From Gemmatimonadota bacterium (lineage in GTDB: Bacteria > Gemmatimonadota > Gemmatimonadetes > Gemmatimonadales > GWC2-71-9), in NCBI GenBank assembly GCA_039591275.1, contig JBDHDY010000002.1, positions 1-44,024 on the forward strand: a stretch of 44,024 bases of DNA. The letters run 5' to 3'. The notes under the pieces were generated by a model. That model was not told where the DNA came from. It worked only from the letters and a program-made list of their open reading frames with translations, and ran no database searches. The position numbers were made by a program, and so were the translations under genes. This document shows positions 1 through 8,661 of this stretch, piece by piece (position 1 is the first letter of the stretch; each line of letters begins with the position of its first letter).

Positions 1-68
1 GTGTCGGGTGGCACGAGTTTGCGGTTGGTTGTTCCGCAGTGTTCACAGATCCATTCAGCCGTATTCAT
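1..68 (-). CDS. N-terminal fragment of a small CxxC (zinc-ribbon-like) protein; continues beyond the window start
   Basis: My own reading of the minus strand. ATG at 68..66 forms an ATGA overlap with the ruvA stop (67..65). It reads MNTAEWICEHCGTTNRKLVPPD with no stop before position 1. It is absent from the supplied track because it is truncated. Only 22 codons are visible. Confidence 0.3.
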   Translation of the reverse strand, partial: MNTAEWICEHCGTTNRKLVPPD

Positions 69-658
69 TTGCCAGTCGTCAAAATGTGTAAGGCGCCTCG
101 AATCAACTCGGCCGTCTCGGCGGCTCCATTGGCCGACAGGACGGATCGGACGGCACTGTCAGCCTCTGTTGTCCCAAACCCCAAATTGACCAACGCCGAC
201 AGCGCCTGCTCCGCCTTTGGGCCGGGCCTGTCGGGTCCTGTTTCCCCCTCAAGGTCGCCCAAGCGGTCCTTGAGTTCCAGTACCATGCGCTCGGCCTTCT
301 TCTTCCCCACTCCCGGCACCGTGCAGAGTGCGGCCAGGTCGCCCTCCCGCAGGGCGCCCACCACCCGATCGCCCCCGAGCGCGGAAAGCAGGGCCAGCGC
401 CAAGCGCGGGCCGACGCCGCTCGCTCCCAGTAGTCGCTGAAACACCGTTCGCTCAACCGTCCGGTCGAAGCCGAACAGCAACCAGCCGTCCTCACGGACC
501 ACGAGGGCCGTGTGCAGATGTGTTTGGGATCCGGGTTGAGGCAGGCGCTCCAACACGCCCAGGGGGACCGCCAATTCATAGGCCACACCGCCCGGAGTCG
601 TGATCGTGACGACGTCGCCGTGCTTGGCGGTCAATGTCCCGCGGACACCGGAGATCAT
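65..658 (-). CDS. ruvA: Holliday junction branch-migration complex subunit RuvA
   Basis: 197 aa from ATG 658: MISGVRGTLTAKHGDVV..LLFGF.., helix-hairpin-helix LCTVPGVGKKKAERMVLEL, C-terminal domain LVNLGF. The 129-aa upstream extension in the ORF track (to 1045) is Arg/Gly-rich and overlaps ruvC. Confidence 0.9.
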   Translation of the reverse strand: MISGVRGTLTAKHGDVVTITTPGGVAYELAVPLGVLERLPQPGSQTHLHTALVVREDGWLLFGFDRTVERTVFQRLLGASGVGPRLALALLSALGGDRVVGALREGDLAALCTVPGVGKKKAERMVLELKDRLGDLEGETGPDRPGPKAEQALSALVNLGFGTTEADSAVRSVLSANGAAETAELIRGALHILTTGK

Positions 659-1140
659 GGGTCCCCCGTCGCCAGCAGATAGGCCACGGCAACGGCTACG
701 CCGTCCGCCGCATCGCTGGGCTCTGGTGGACTCTTCAGGTTGAGCAGTTTTTGAACCATGTACCCGACTTGTTCTTTCGCCGCCGCGCCCCCTCCCACGA
801 TCATCTTCTTCACCCGGGCTGGGGGGAATTCGGCAACCTCGAGGCCGGCCTGGGCGGCAGCGAGCAGAATGACACCCCGCGTGTGCCCGAGCACCACGGT
901 CGTCCGCACGTTCTTGGCGTAAAAGATGCTCTCCACAGCCAGCGCGGTGGGCTCGTGACGCTCGATGAGCTGTACCAGATCCTCGTAAAGGGCGCGGAGC
1001 CGACACCACAACGGCTGGTGCGGGCTCGTTCGAATGACTCCGCACTCCACGAGTCGCCCCGGCCGGCCATCCGCGGGCTCAACGACACCGTATCCGGTTG
1101 TCGCCGTGCCGGGATCGACGCCGATTACCCTCACACTCAC
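655..1140 (-). CDS. ruvC: crossover junction endodeoxyribonuclease RuvC
   Basis: MSVRVIGVDPGTATTGYGVV (catalytic Asp motif), AVESIFYAKNVRTTV, ADAVAVA. GTG start overlaps the yebC stop (GTGA); its stop overlaps the ruvA ATG (ATGA). Confidence 0.9.
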   Translation of the reverse strand: MSVRVIGVDPGTATTGYGVVEPADGRPGRLVECGVIRTSPHQPLWCRLRALYEDLVQLIERHEPTALAVESIFYAKNVRTTVVLGHTRGVILLAAAQAGLEVAEFPPARVKKMIVGGGAAAKEQVGYMVQKLLNLKSPPEPSDAADGVAVAVAYLLATGDP

Positions 1141-1886
1141 TCGCTTGCCGCCGCAAGCGTCTCCGCGTCGATGTCAAAGTTGCTGAACACGTTCGATACG
1201 TCGTCTTGCTCCTCGAGGGCGTCGATGAGCTTTAATAACCGCCCTGCATCCTCCCCGCCCACCTGTACCGTGCTCGTCGGTATCATGGCGATCTCAGCCT
1301 GAGCCGGCTGGACGTTTACACTGACGAGCGCCGCGCGAACCGTGTGCAGGGTAGCCGCATCGGTCGTGATGACATACTGGTCCCCCTCTTGCACCATGTC
1401 CTCGGCGCCGGCTTCAAGCGCGGCTTCAAGGGCGGCTTCTTCATCGCACGCCTGTGCGTCCACGTAAACCTGGCCCTTGCGTTCGAACATCCACGCCACG
1501 GAGTTCGGTGCTCCCAGGTTGCCTCCTCGCTTGGAAAAGATGTGCCTGATCTCGGCCACCGTGCGATTGAGGTTGTCTGTCGTCACTTCGATCATGATGG
1601 CCGCACCGCCCGGCCCGTATCCCTCGTACGTCGCCTCCTCGTAGGTGACGCCTCCGAGCTCACCCGTTCCTTTCTTGATGGCTCGCTCGATGTTGTCCTG
1701 TGGCATGTTCTCGGCCTTGGCCGTCTCGATGGCCGTCCGCAGACGAGGGTTACCCTCTGGGTCGCCGCCGCTGGCCCGCGCAGCGACGGTGATTTCCCGA
1801 ATGAGTTTGGTGAATTTGGCGCCGCGCTTAGCGTCAACGACTGCCTTCTTGCGCTTTATTTGCGCCCACTTGCTGTGGCCGGCCAT
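1137..1886 (-). CDS. YebC/PmpR family DNA-binding transcriptional regulator
   Basis: 249 aa from ATG 1886: MAGHSKWAQIKRKKAVVDAKRGAKFTKLIREI..GGDPEGNPRLR..YEGYGPGGAAIMIE. This is the family hallmark N-terminus. The longer ORF-track start (2108) runs into the upstream hairpin and gene. Confidence 0.9.
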   Translation of the reverse strand: MAGHSKWAQIKRKKAVVDAKRGAKFTKLIREITVAARASGGDPEGNPRLRTAIETAKAENMPQDNIERAIKKGTGELGGVTYEEATYEGYGPGGAAIMIEVTTDNLNRTVAEIRHIFSKRGGNLGAPNSVAWMFERKGQVYVDAQACDEEAALEAALEAGAEDMVQEGDQYVITTDAATLHTVRAALVSVNVQPAQAEIAMIPTSTVQVGGEDAGRLLKLIDALEEQDDVSNVFSNFDIDAETLAAASE

Positions 1887-1959
1887 GGCAGTTCCGAATT
1901 TCCAGGCTGCTGGTAAGTCCCAGATGGGAGAAATATATGGGGAAGCTGGCTTATCTAGG

Positions 1960-2009
1960 GGGAGTGGTGAGGACGGAGGAGGGAGGGGGAGATCCTCCTC
2001 TCCACTCCC
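1960..2009 (-). terminator. GC-rich hairpin immediately after the DnaB-like stop (no U-tract)
   Basis: Arms 1960..1975 and 1994..2009 pair at 14 of 16 positions (GGGAGTGG.. / ..CCACTCCC) with an 18-nt loop. It lies 1 nt downstream of the stop at 2011..2013 on the minus strand. Confidence 0.3.
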
Positions 2010-2010
2010 T

Positions 2011-2874
2011 TCATCGGTCCGGATCCAGCATATCCTCGAATCGCATGCAGTGCTGGTAAAAATACAGGTCGACGAATCCGGTGGGGCCGTTGCGATTCTT
2101 GGCGACAATCAACTCCGTGGCCCCCTCGTTACCGACACCGGGAGCGTACATCTCTTCGCGGAAGAGTCCCAGCACCACGTCCGCGTGTTGTTTGACGGCT
2201 CCGAGAACACCGAAATCGTCCAGACTCGGCCTAGGGTCGCTCCTTTCCATGCGGTGGCGCGGTAGCTGCGCCACAGCCAGACAGGCTACTCCGTGATCCA
2301 GCGCCATTGCCTTGAGGGTTCGGAGCGTCAGAGCGTTGTCCTCCTCCTGGGTGAGCTTCGTAGCCGGTGGAGAAAGGAGCTGCAGATAGTCGATGACCAG
2401 GAGGGTGGGGTGATGATTCCACACGGGCTCGAGGATCTCGTCGAACTGCGAACCGACTATCGGATGGACTTTGAGGGGCAGATTCTGGAGCTTGAGGGCG
2501 ACGGCTCCGAGGGCCGCTCGCTGCCGGTCGGGCAAGTTGGCGTTGCGGATCTCGTCGATCTGCGCGCGTCCCTCGATTGCAAGGGCTCGCTCGAGCACCC
2601 GATCCTCGTCCATCTCGCCCGAGATGAACGCTACCGGGAGACCCTCCTGTGCGACTCTGAGCGCCATGCCCAGAGCCAAGGCTGATTTCCCCGAGCCGAC
2701 ATCGCCGCCCAGCACAACGAGATCCCGGAGCCTGAAACCGCCGCCCAGAATCTGGTCGAGGGATTGAAACCCGGTCGGAACGGTATCCGGCGCTGGATGC
2801 CCAGGGGTTTGGGCATCGACCTGCTCGATGAGCTTGATGAGTGGATTGCGCCGGAGGCGCTTCGGGTTTGCCAT
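2011..2874 (-). CDS. DnaB-like helicase C-terminal (RecA-type ATPase) domain protein lacking the DnaB N-terminal domain
   Basis: PTGFQSLDQILGGGFRLRDLVVLGG, Walker A GDVGSGKSALAL, Walker B LLVIDYLQLL, LPRHRMERSDPRPSLDDF, ADVVLGLFREEMY, LIVAKNRNGPTG. An in-frame stop lies 12 codons upstream of the ATG (2908..2910). Confidence 0.8.
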   Translation of the reverse strand: MANPKRLRRNPLIKLIEQVDAQTPGHPAPDTVPTGFQSLDQILGGGFRLRDLVVLGGDVGSGKSALALGMALRVAQEGLPVAFISGEMDEDRVLERALAIEGRAQIDEIRNANLPDRQRAALGAVALKLQNLPLKVHPIVGSQFDEILEPVWNHHPTLLVIDYLQLLSPPATKLTQEEDNALTLRTLKAMALDHGVACLAVAQLPRHRMERSDPRPSLDDFGVLGAVKQHADVVLGLFREEMYAPGVGNEGATELIVAKNRNGPTGFVDLYFYQHCMRFEDMLDPDR

Positions 2875-2944
2875 GGCTCCTGCCGCTGTAACTATACTAT
2901 GAAGATCTCACCGCGCGATCGCCCCTTCAGGGTTCTGCGTCACT

Positions 2945-3343
2945 TCACCGGCCGCCAGCAGTACTGCCATTCCCAGACTCTGCCAGCTGGGCGGCGCTGG
3001 CTACGGCCTCCGCTGCGTCCTTGCCCAACGTCTCCCTCACCGGGGCAACCATCATCCGCAGCGCGACGCACGCCGAACGTTCCGTTCCCTTGCCCAGCTG
3101 CTGGATCCCTCCGTGGAGCGCGCGCTCTAGGGGCCGGGGCAACAGAAGGCTCCTGAGTCGTTTTTCGAGCGCCAGCAGGCGACGCCGGTGGGTCCGCTCG
3201 GTCACTCGGTGCGGATCGAAAAGGTGCCCACAGGATCCCATGAACAACCAGATGGCGAACAGGCCATTGCGTCGTGGACCCCTCGCCGATCCGGCCATTG
3301 TTTCAGTCACACGTCGTTCCTGCTTCGCAAACCGATCGCTCAC
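2945..3343 (-). CDS. hypothetical protein (132 aa)
   Basis: GTG start overlaps the GT9 stop (GTGA). Third-position GC is moderate. No motif recognised. A high-GC background makes spurious ORFs common. Confidence 0.3.
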   Translation of the reverse strand: MSDRFAKQERRVTETMAGSARGPRRNGLFAIWLFMGSCGHLFDPHRVTERTHRRRLLALEKRLRSLLLPRPLERALHGGIQQLGKGTERSACVALRMMVAPVRETLGKDAAEAVASAAQLAESGNGSTAGGR

Positions 3344-4308
3344 GCCACCTCCAGCAACGCTTCCTCCACCTCAGATGGAGCGATGTCGCGCAGGCAGCGA
3401 TGGTGATCCAGCGGGCACGTTGGGCCGCCGTGGAGGGAGCAGGGGCGGCAAGGCATTTGCCGTTGGAGCACCGTGGCGCGGGCGCGATACGGGGAAAACC
3501 CGAATTCCTCTACGGTGGGGCCAAAGAGGGCGACGAGCGGCGTTGTCACCGCGGCGGCCACGTGAAGGACGCCAGAGTCGCTCGAAACGACGGCTTTGGC
3601 GCCCCGGCAGAGAGCCACCATCACGCGAAGTGGGAGGCCGTAGGCTTCGATTGCGCTTGGCCCGGCCAGCAGGTCGCGTTCATGGGGCAGGCCCAAACCG
3701 ACGACCTGAATCCCCCGGTCCCGAACGGCCCTGGCGAGAGCGCGCCAGTATGACGGCGGCCATCGCTTGGTCGCATGCCGGGCTCCGGGTGCCAGTACCA
3801 CGTAGTCGCCCTGGACGATGGCCGCGGCGCTCTCTTCATCTCGGGGTGTCGTGAAGAGCTCTGCCGGGCCGCCGTCGGCGGTCACGCCGAGGTCGAGCGC
3901 TGCTTCGAAGTAGCGATCTGCCACGGGAATCGAGAGGGATCCAGTACGGATGCCGACCCACGTCAGCAGGCGCCGTTCGATGCGCCGGGCGTTGCAGCGG
4001 TGCCATCTACCGGCGAGCAGGCGGCGCAACATGAACGTCCGCAAATTCCCGTGCAGATCGAGCAGGTGATCGTAGGACGGCCCTGCGAGGCGCCGACCGA
4101 ATGCGACAATGGATTCGCCTGGGGCGAGCACCGCGACCGAGCTGATGTTCGGATTTGTCTCGATGAGCGACGCATAGCGGTGTTTGGTGGCGAACGTGAC
4201 GTGGGCTCTCGGGTGTTTCCTGCGGATGGCCCGGAGCAGAGGCGTGGTCAGCACGATGTCGCCGAGGGAGCTGAACCGCACGAGGAGTATGCGAGGTTCC
4301 TCCGACAT
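3340..4308 (-). CDS. glycosyltransferase family 9 (LPS heptosyltransferase-like)
   Basis: MSEEPRILLVRFSSLGDIVLTTPLLRAIRRKHP.. N-terminus is typical of GT9. C-terminal SDSGVLHVAAAVTTPLVALFGPT. ATG 4308 is preferred over GTG 4371 because family N-termini begin just before the ILxxRxSSLGD strand. Confidence 0.8.
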   Translation of the reverse strand: MSEEPRILLVRFSSLGDIVLTTPLLRAIRRKHPRAHVTFATKHRYASLIETNPNISSVAVLAPGESIVAFGRRLAGPSYDHLLDLHGNLRTFMLRRLLAGRWHRCNARRIERRLLTWVGIRTGSLSIPVADRYFEAALDLGVTADGGPAELFTTPRDEESAAAIVQGDYVVLAPGARHATKRWPPSYWRALARAVRDRGIQVVGLGLPHERDLLAGPSAIEAYGLPLRVMVALCRGAKAVVSSDSGVLHVAAAVTTPLVALFGPTVEEFGFSPYRARATVLQRQMPCRPCSLHGGPTCPLDHHRCLRDIAPSEVEEALLEVA

Positions 4309-4390
4309 GGCGTAGCCAATGTAGGCGCCGCCGCCGTAGGTGGCCAGTCCCGCGTTGCTCCGGCGCGTCACGCCCCGTTAGTTTCGCAGT

Positions 4391-5956
4391 ATGGCACGCC
4401 AGAGAACGGTTCTATGGGTGGACGACGAGGTCGAATCACTCGAAGCCCACGCGTTGTTTCTCAAAGAAAACGGGTATGCCGTGGAGCTCACGGCGCACGG
4501 CGATGATGCTCTAGTTCTGCTGCGGCGACAGCCGTACGGGGTGGTCTTGCTTGATGAGCAGCTGCCAGGACGGCGCGGGCTGGAGTTGGTGGACGAGATT
4601 CGGGCCATCGACGCCAGCGTACCGGTGGTCATGATCACCAAGAGCGAGGAAACCGGTGTCATGCGGGAGGCCATTGGGGTCGAGATGGAGGACTATCTCG
4701 TCAAGCCCGTGAATCCGCGACAGGTGCTGAGTGTCGTCACCCGGCTGATCGAGGGCCCGCAGATCAGGCGACAGCGACTTGCTCAGGATTTCGTTGGACG
4801 GTTCCGGGAGCTGGAGCAACGGCGCTCCTCGGACATGGGATGGCGGGAGTGGGTGGAGTTGGTCGCCGAATTGGCACAGTGGGAAGTCCGCCTGGGGGCT
4901 GGCGACGAGATGGGATTGGCCGACGCCCTGACGACACTGCAGCGGAGCATGCACGCCGATTTCGCCCATTTCATAGAGGCCAATTATCCGCGCTGGTTAG
5001 CCGATCCGGAGGCAGATCGTCCTCCTTTGTCTGTGGACGTTGGTGAGGAGTTTCTTGCGCCGCTGGTGAAGGCGCACGGGAACGTTGCGTTCATCATCGT
5101 GGATTGTCTCAGGCTCGATCAGTGGGAACTGTTGAAGCCCCTGATTGCCGATTTGTTCGACATCGACGTCTCGTACTATTTCAGCATTCTGCCGTCAGCG
5201 ACCCCGTTCTCCCGCAACGCGATATTCGCGGGGCTATTCCCGGTGGAGATCGCGGAGCGTCATCCTGAGTGGTGGGGTGAAAGGGACGGCGAGAGTCTGA
5301 ACACACACGAGAAGGATCTGTTGCTCGAGCAGCTCTCCGAGCTAATCGGGGACAGCACGCCCGTACAATACGAGAAGCTGTCGACCCTCAAGGAAGGAGC
5401 AGAGCTTCTCAAGCGGTTGCCAGCTCATCTGTCTCAAGACGGCGTAACCGCACTGGTGTTCAACTTTGTGGATCAACTCACGCACGGGCGAGGGGAGCAC
5501 GCAATACTCTACGAGGTGGCACGGGACGCCGGGTCGTTGCGCAACCTTACGCGTACATGGTTTCGGGACTCGGCATTGTTTCAAGCGCTCAAGGAGGCGG
5601 AGCGCCGACGTGTGCCGGTATTGCTCACCACTGATCACGGTTCGATTCACTGCCACACACCGGCGACGGTGTTTGCGAAGCGCGATGCTACAGCCAATCT
5701 GCGGTACAAGTTCGGGGAAGATCTGCGAGCCGAGCGCCGTGACACGGCGATCAGCGTAGAGGATCTTCCCGCTTGGGGCATGCCTAAGATGGGGCTTGGC
5801 GTGCGGATGCTCCTGGCCACTGGAGACCATTTTTTCGTGTACCCCACGAAATTGCGGGAATACCAGGGGCGTTACCGCGGGGCGTTCCTTCACGGCGGCG
5901 TGACTCCCGAAGAGATAGTGTCGCCCATCGCTCTCCTCACACCTCGAGGGCGGTAG
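4391..5956 (+). CDS. PorX-type response regulator: CheY-like receiver fused to a PglZ (alkaline-phosphatase superfamily) domain
   Basis: Receiver: VLWVDDEVESLE, VVLLDEQLPG (phospho-acceptor Asp), MITKSEE, DYLVKPV. PglZ: FIIVDCLRLDQWE, SILPSATPFSRNAIFAGLFP, LLTTDHGSIH, FLHGGVTPEE. Confidence 0.85.
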   Translation: MARQRTVLWVDDEVESLEAHALFLKENGYAVELTAHGDDALVLLRRQPYGVVLLDEQLPGRRGLELVDEIRAIDASVPVVMITKSEETGVMREAIGVEMEDYLVKPVNPRQVLSVVTRLIEGPQIRRQRLAQDFVGRFRELEQRRSSDMGWREWVELVAELAQWEVRLGAGDEMGLADALTTLQRSMHADFAHFIEANYPRWLADPEADRPPLSVDVGEEFLAPLVKAHGNVAFIIVDCLRLDQWELLKPLIADLFDIDVSYYFSILPSATPFSRNAIFAGLFPVEIAERHPEWWGERDGESLNTHEKDLLLEQLSELIGDSTPVQYEKLSTLKEGAELLKRLPAHLSQDGVTALVFNFVDQLTHGRGEHAILYEVARDAGSLRNLTRTWFRDSALFQALKEAERRRVPVLLTTDHGSIHCHTPATVFAKRDATANLRYKFGEDLRAERRDTAISVEDLPAWGMPKMGLGVRMLLATGDHFFVYPTKLREYQGRYRGAFLHGGVTPEEIVSPIALLTPRGR

Positions 5957-7768
5957 GTGGGGCGGTACAAACGACTTCTTGGATATCTCAATCCGTATTG
6001 GGGGGTGTTCGGGACGAGCCTCGCCGCCGCCGTCGTTGCCTCCGTTCTGGATGGTTTCACCTTTGCGCTCCTGATCCCCTTTCTGCGCGTACTATTCGAG
6101 GTGGGCTCGGCGTTTGCGGATGCGCCGACCGCCGTCGAGCGGGTCATCGATTTCGCAGCCGGTCGTTTCGTGGGGCAGGGCGATCAATCGGCAGCCCTGC
6201 GCAACATAGTTGTGGTGATCCTCGTTGCTGTGGCGCTGAAGAACGTCGCCGGATATGTGGCCACCTATCTGGCGACGTATATCAAGGAAGGCGTCACCCG
6301 CGATTTGCGGAGGGAGTTTTACGCCCACATCCAGAAACTGGGCTTGGCGTTCTTCCAGCGCACCAAGGGGGGGCAACTCATCAGCCGCATGCTCGCGGAC
6401 ACCGAGCAGGCGAACCTCTTCATCAGCCAGGGACTGCAAGCCGTGCTCCGCAACGGTGTGCTGATTCTCGTTTACCTGGCTATCCTGTTTGCCCTGTCGT
6501 GGAGGCTCACGCTCATCACACTGTTACTTGCCCCGGCCATCGCGCTGGTTCTCAAGCCGATCATCCTTCGCGTGCGCGAGTTGTTCGGGAACGTCGCCCA
6601 CGAACGAGGAGAACTCACCGCGATCATGACGGAGACGGTGAGCGGTGCGCGACTGGTCAAGGCGCACGCTGCCGAGCCGTATGAGCTTCGACGATTCACC
6701 GATGTCCTGCAACGGTATTTCAAGAAGATGCTGCGGACGCAGCGTCTGGCAATTCTTGCGAGTCCGCTGAGCGAGACATTGGGCGCGGGGGTGTTTGTAC
6801 TGCTGTTGCTGGTCGGGAGTTGGGCGACGTTACAGGGCCAGAGCATGCGCCCAGAGGTGTTCGTGGCGTTCGTCGCCGTGGCAATGCGACTCCTGCCGCC
6901 AGTCAAACTATTGGCTCAGTTCCCCTCGTTTGCGGAGATGGCTCTGGCGGGAGCGAGTCGTGTGTTCGAGGTATTGGACCGCCCGCCCGACGATGTGGAT
7001 CCACCCGGGTCGGCCGAATTTTCAGCCGTTGAGCGCAACGTGGTCTTCAAGGATGTGTGGTTTTCCTACCGGGACGGCGAGTGGGTTCTTCAGGGAATTG
7101 ACCTCACGGTCCGCTGTGGTGAAGTCGTGGCCATAGTCGGTCAGTCGGGGGCGGGGAAGTCCACCCTAGTAGATCTTCTTCCACGGTTCATTGACCCGCA
7201 GCGGGGTGCGGTTCTCCTGGACGGCGTGCCCACGACCGCCTACAGTCGCCGCTCGCTTCGGCACTCTCTCGGTGTGGTCAGCCAGGAAACGGTCATCTTC
7301 AACGACACCGTGTTGGCAAATATCGCGTACGGGGAGCAGGCCGGCGCGGACCGCGATGCGGTCGTCTCCGCGGCCCGAGCGGCAAATGCTCACGGTTTCA
7401 CATCCCGACTGCCGCAGGGGTACGACACGGTTCTCGGGGAACGCGGCACGCAACTATCTGGCGGAGAGCGTCAGCGAATCGCCATTGCGCGAGCGTTGCT
7501 CAGGGACCCGCCAATTCTCATTCTCGACGAGGCAACGTCGGCCTTGGATGCCGAGTCGGAGCGCCTGGTGCGAGAAGCGATTGATCGGTTGCTGGAGAAC
7601 CGGACGGTACTCGTGATTGCTCACCGGCTCTCAACGGTTGCGAGGGCGGACGCCATCGCAGTCCTCGACGGCGGGCGCATCGTCGAGTTGGGCCGTCACG
7701 ACGAACTCGTCACCGGCGGCGGGTTCTACCAGAAGCTCTACGAGGTGGAGCTGGCGGCTGGCTTCTAG
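5957..7768 (+). CDS. ABC transporter permease/ATPase, MsbA-like lipid exporter family
   Basis: Six-TM N-terminal half, Walker A GQSGAGKST, signature LSGGERQRIAIARALL, Walker B ILILDEATSALD. GTG start lies immediately after the upstream TAG, with no spacer. Confidence 0.9.
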   Translation: MGRYKRLLGYLNPYWGVFGTSLAAAVVASVLDGFTFALLIPFLRVLFEVGSAFADAPTAVERVIDFAAGRFVGQGDQSAALRNIVVVILVAVALKNVAGYVATYLATYIKEGVTRDLRREFYAHIQKLGLAFFQRTKGGQLISRMLADTEQANLFISQGLQAVLRNGVLILVYLAILFALSWRLTLITLLLAPAIALVLKPIILRVRELFGNVAHERGELTAIMTETVSGARLVKAHAAEPYELRRFTDVLQRYFKKMLRTQRLAILASPLSETLGAGVFVLLLLVGSWATLQGQSMRPEVFVAFVAVAMRLLPPVKLLAQFPSFAEMALAGASRVFEVLDRPPDDVDPPGSAEFSAVERNVVFKDVWFSYRDGEWVLQGIDLTVRCGEVVAIVGQSGAGKSTLVDLLPRFIDPQRGAVLLDGVPTTAYSRRSLRHSLGVVSQETVIFNDTVLANIAYGEQAGADRDAVVSAARAANAHGFTSRLPQGYDTVLGERGTQLSGGERQRIAIARALLRDPPILILDEATSALDAESERLVREAIDRLLENRTVLVIAHRLSTVARADAIAVLDGGRIVELGRHDELVTGGGFYQKLYEVELAAGF

Positions 7769-7838
7769 GAGCGGCGCCCGTTGACCGGGGCGTTGTGAGA
7801 TAGACTGGGCTCGGTTCCTCCACCACTCCCATACCGCG

Positions 7839-8633
7839 ATGACTTGGCACTCCTACGACGAGATCGATTGGTACGATACCCCTCGGTATTACGACATCGT
7901 CTTTGCGGCCGATACTAAACTGGAAGCGGACTTCCTCGAGGCCATGCGCCGGCGATTCAGCATGGTTCGCGGTCGGCGTGTGCTCGAGCCGGCATGCGGG
8001 AGTGGGCGTCTAGTGGAGGAGATGGCCCGCCGTGGCTACAGTGTCACCGGCTTCGACGGCAACCCCAATGCGCTGGCCTACGCGCGTGAACGGCTGGCTC
8101 ACGAGGGTCTGCACGCGCGCCTCTTTCAAGCCGAGCTGGCAACCTTTGGGCTGCCACCGCGGTTCGATCTGGCGCACTGCCTCGTGAGCACGTTCAAGTA
8201 TCTGTTGAGTGAACGAGCGGCCCGCGCCCACCTGCGCCGCGTGAGCGGGGCGCTCAAACCCGGTGGCATCTACGTGCTTGGCTTTCATCTCAGCGAGTAC
8301 GGAACGACTTCGAAGACCCGAGAGCGATGGGTTGGCCGGCGCGGCGGAACGGAGGTTGTCTGCAACACGCAGTTTTGGCCCCCGGATCGCCGGCACAGGC
8401 TTGAGCGAGTGCGAGCGCGCCTCACGGTGGACGACCGGGGGGCAAAGCGCCGCCTGGAGACGAACTGGATGTTTCGCACCTACAGCGCGCGTCAAGTCAG
8501 AAGCCTAATCCGCTCGGTTCGCGGCTTCGAGCACGTCGGGACCTACGACTTCACGTACCGTGCAGAGCAGCCCCGGACACTGAATGACGAACAGTTGGAT
8601 TGTGTGTTGGTGTTGAGGAAGGGGCGGGGGTGA
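7839..8633 (+). CDS. class I SAM-dependent methyltransferase
   Basis: Motif I VLEPACGSGRLVEEMARRG, post-I VTGFDGN, LKPGGIYVLGF. Confidence 0.8.
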   Translation: MTWHSYDEIDWYDTPRYYDIVFAADTKLEADFLEAMRRRFSMVRGRRVLEPACGSGRLVEEMARRGYSVTGFDGNPNALAYARERLAHEGLHARLFQAELATFGLPPRFDLAHCLVSTFKYLLSERAARAHLRRVSGALKPGGIYVLGFHLSEYGTTSKTRERWVGRRGGTEVVCNTQFWPPDRRHRLERVRARLTVDDRGAKRRLETNWMFRTYSARQVRSLIRSVRGFEHVGTYDFTYRAEQPRTLNDEQLDCVLVLRKGRG

Positions 8634-8640
8634 TGAAGAT

Positions 8641-8661
8641 GGACGCGAATCCCGAGCGTCC
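8641..8661. terminator. short hairpin between convergent genes
   Basis: GGACGC (8641..8646) pairs with GCGTCC (8656..8661), 9-nt loop. It sits between the methyltransferase stop (8633) and the patatin stop (8662). Confidence 0.3.

Noticed and set aside
65-1045. 326-aa ORF suggesting a much longer RuvA
   Set aside because: The first 129 residues are Arg/Gly/Pro-rich and lie entirely over ruvC in another frame. The conserved RuvA N-terminus (MISGVRG) begins at ATG 658, which forms an ATGA overlap with the ruvC stop.
3021-3854. 277-aa plus-strand ORF
   Set aside because: It is antisense to the well-supported GT9 gene and Arg/Pro/Ser-rich. This is typical of shadow ORFs in high-GC DNA.
4391-5956. 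PglZ domain as a marker of a BREX/phage-defence locus
   Set aside because: No pglX, brxC/pglY, brxL or other BREX genes are present anywhere nearby. The PglZ domain is fused to a receiver domain, the PorX regulator architecture, so this is not the defence PglZ.
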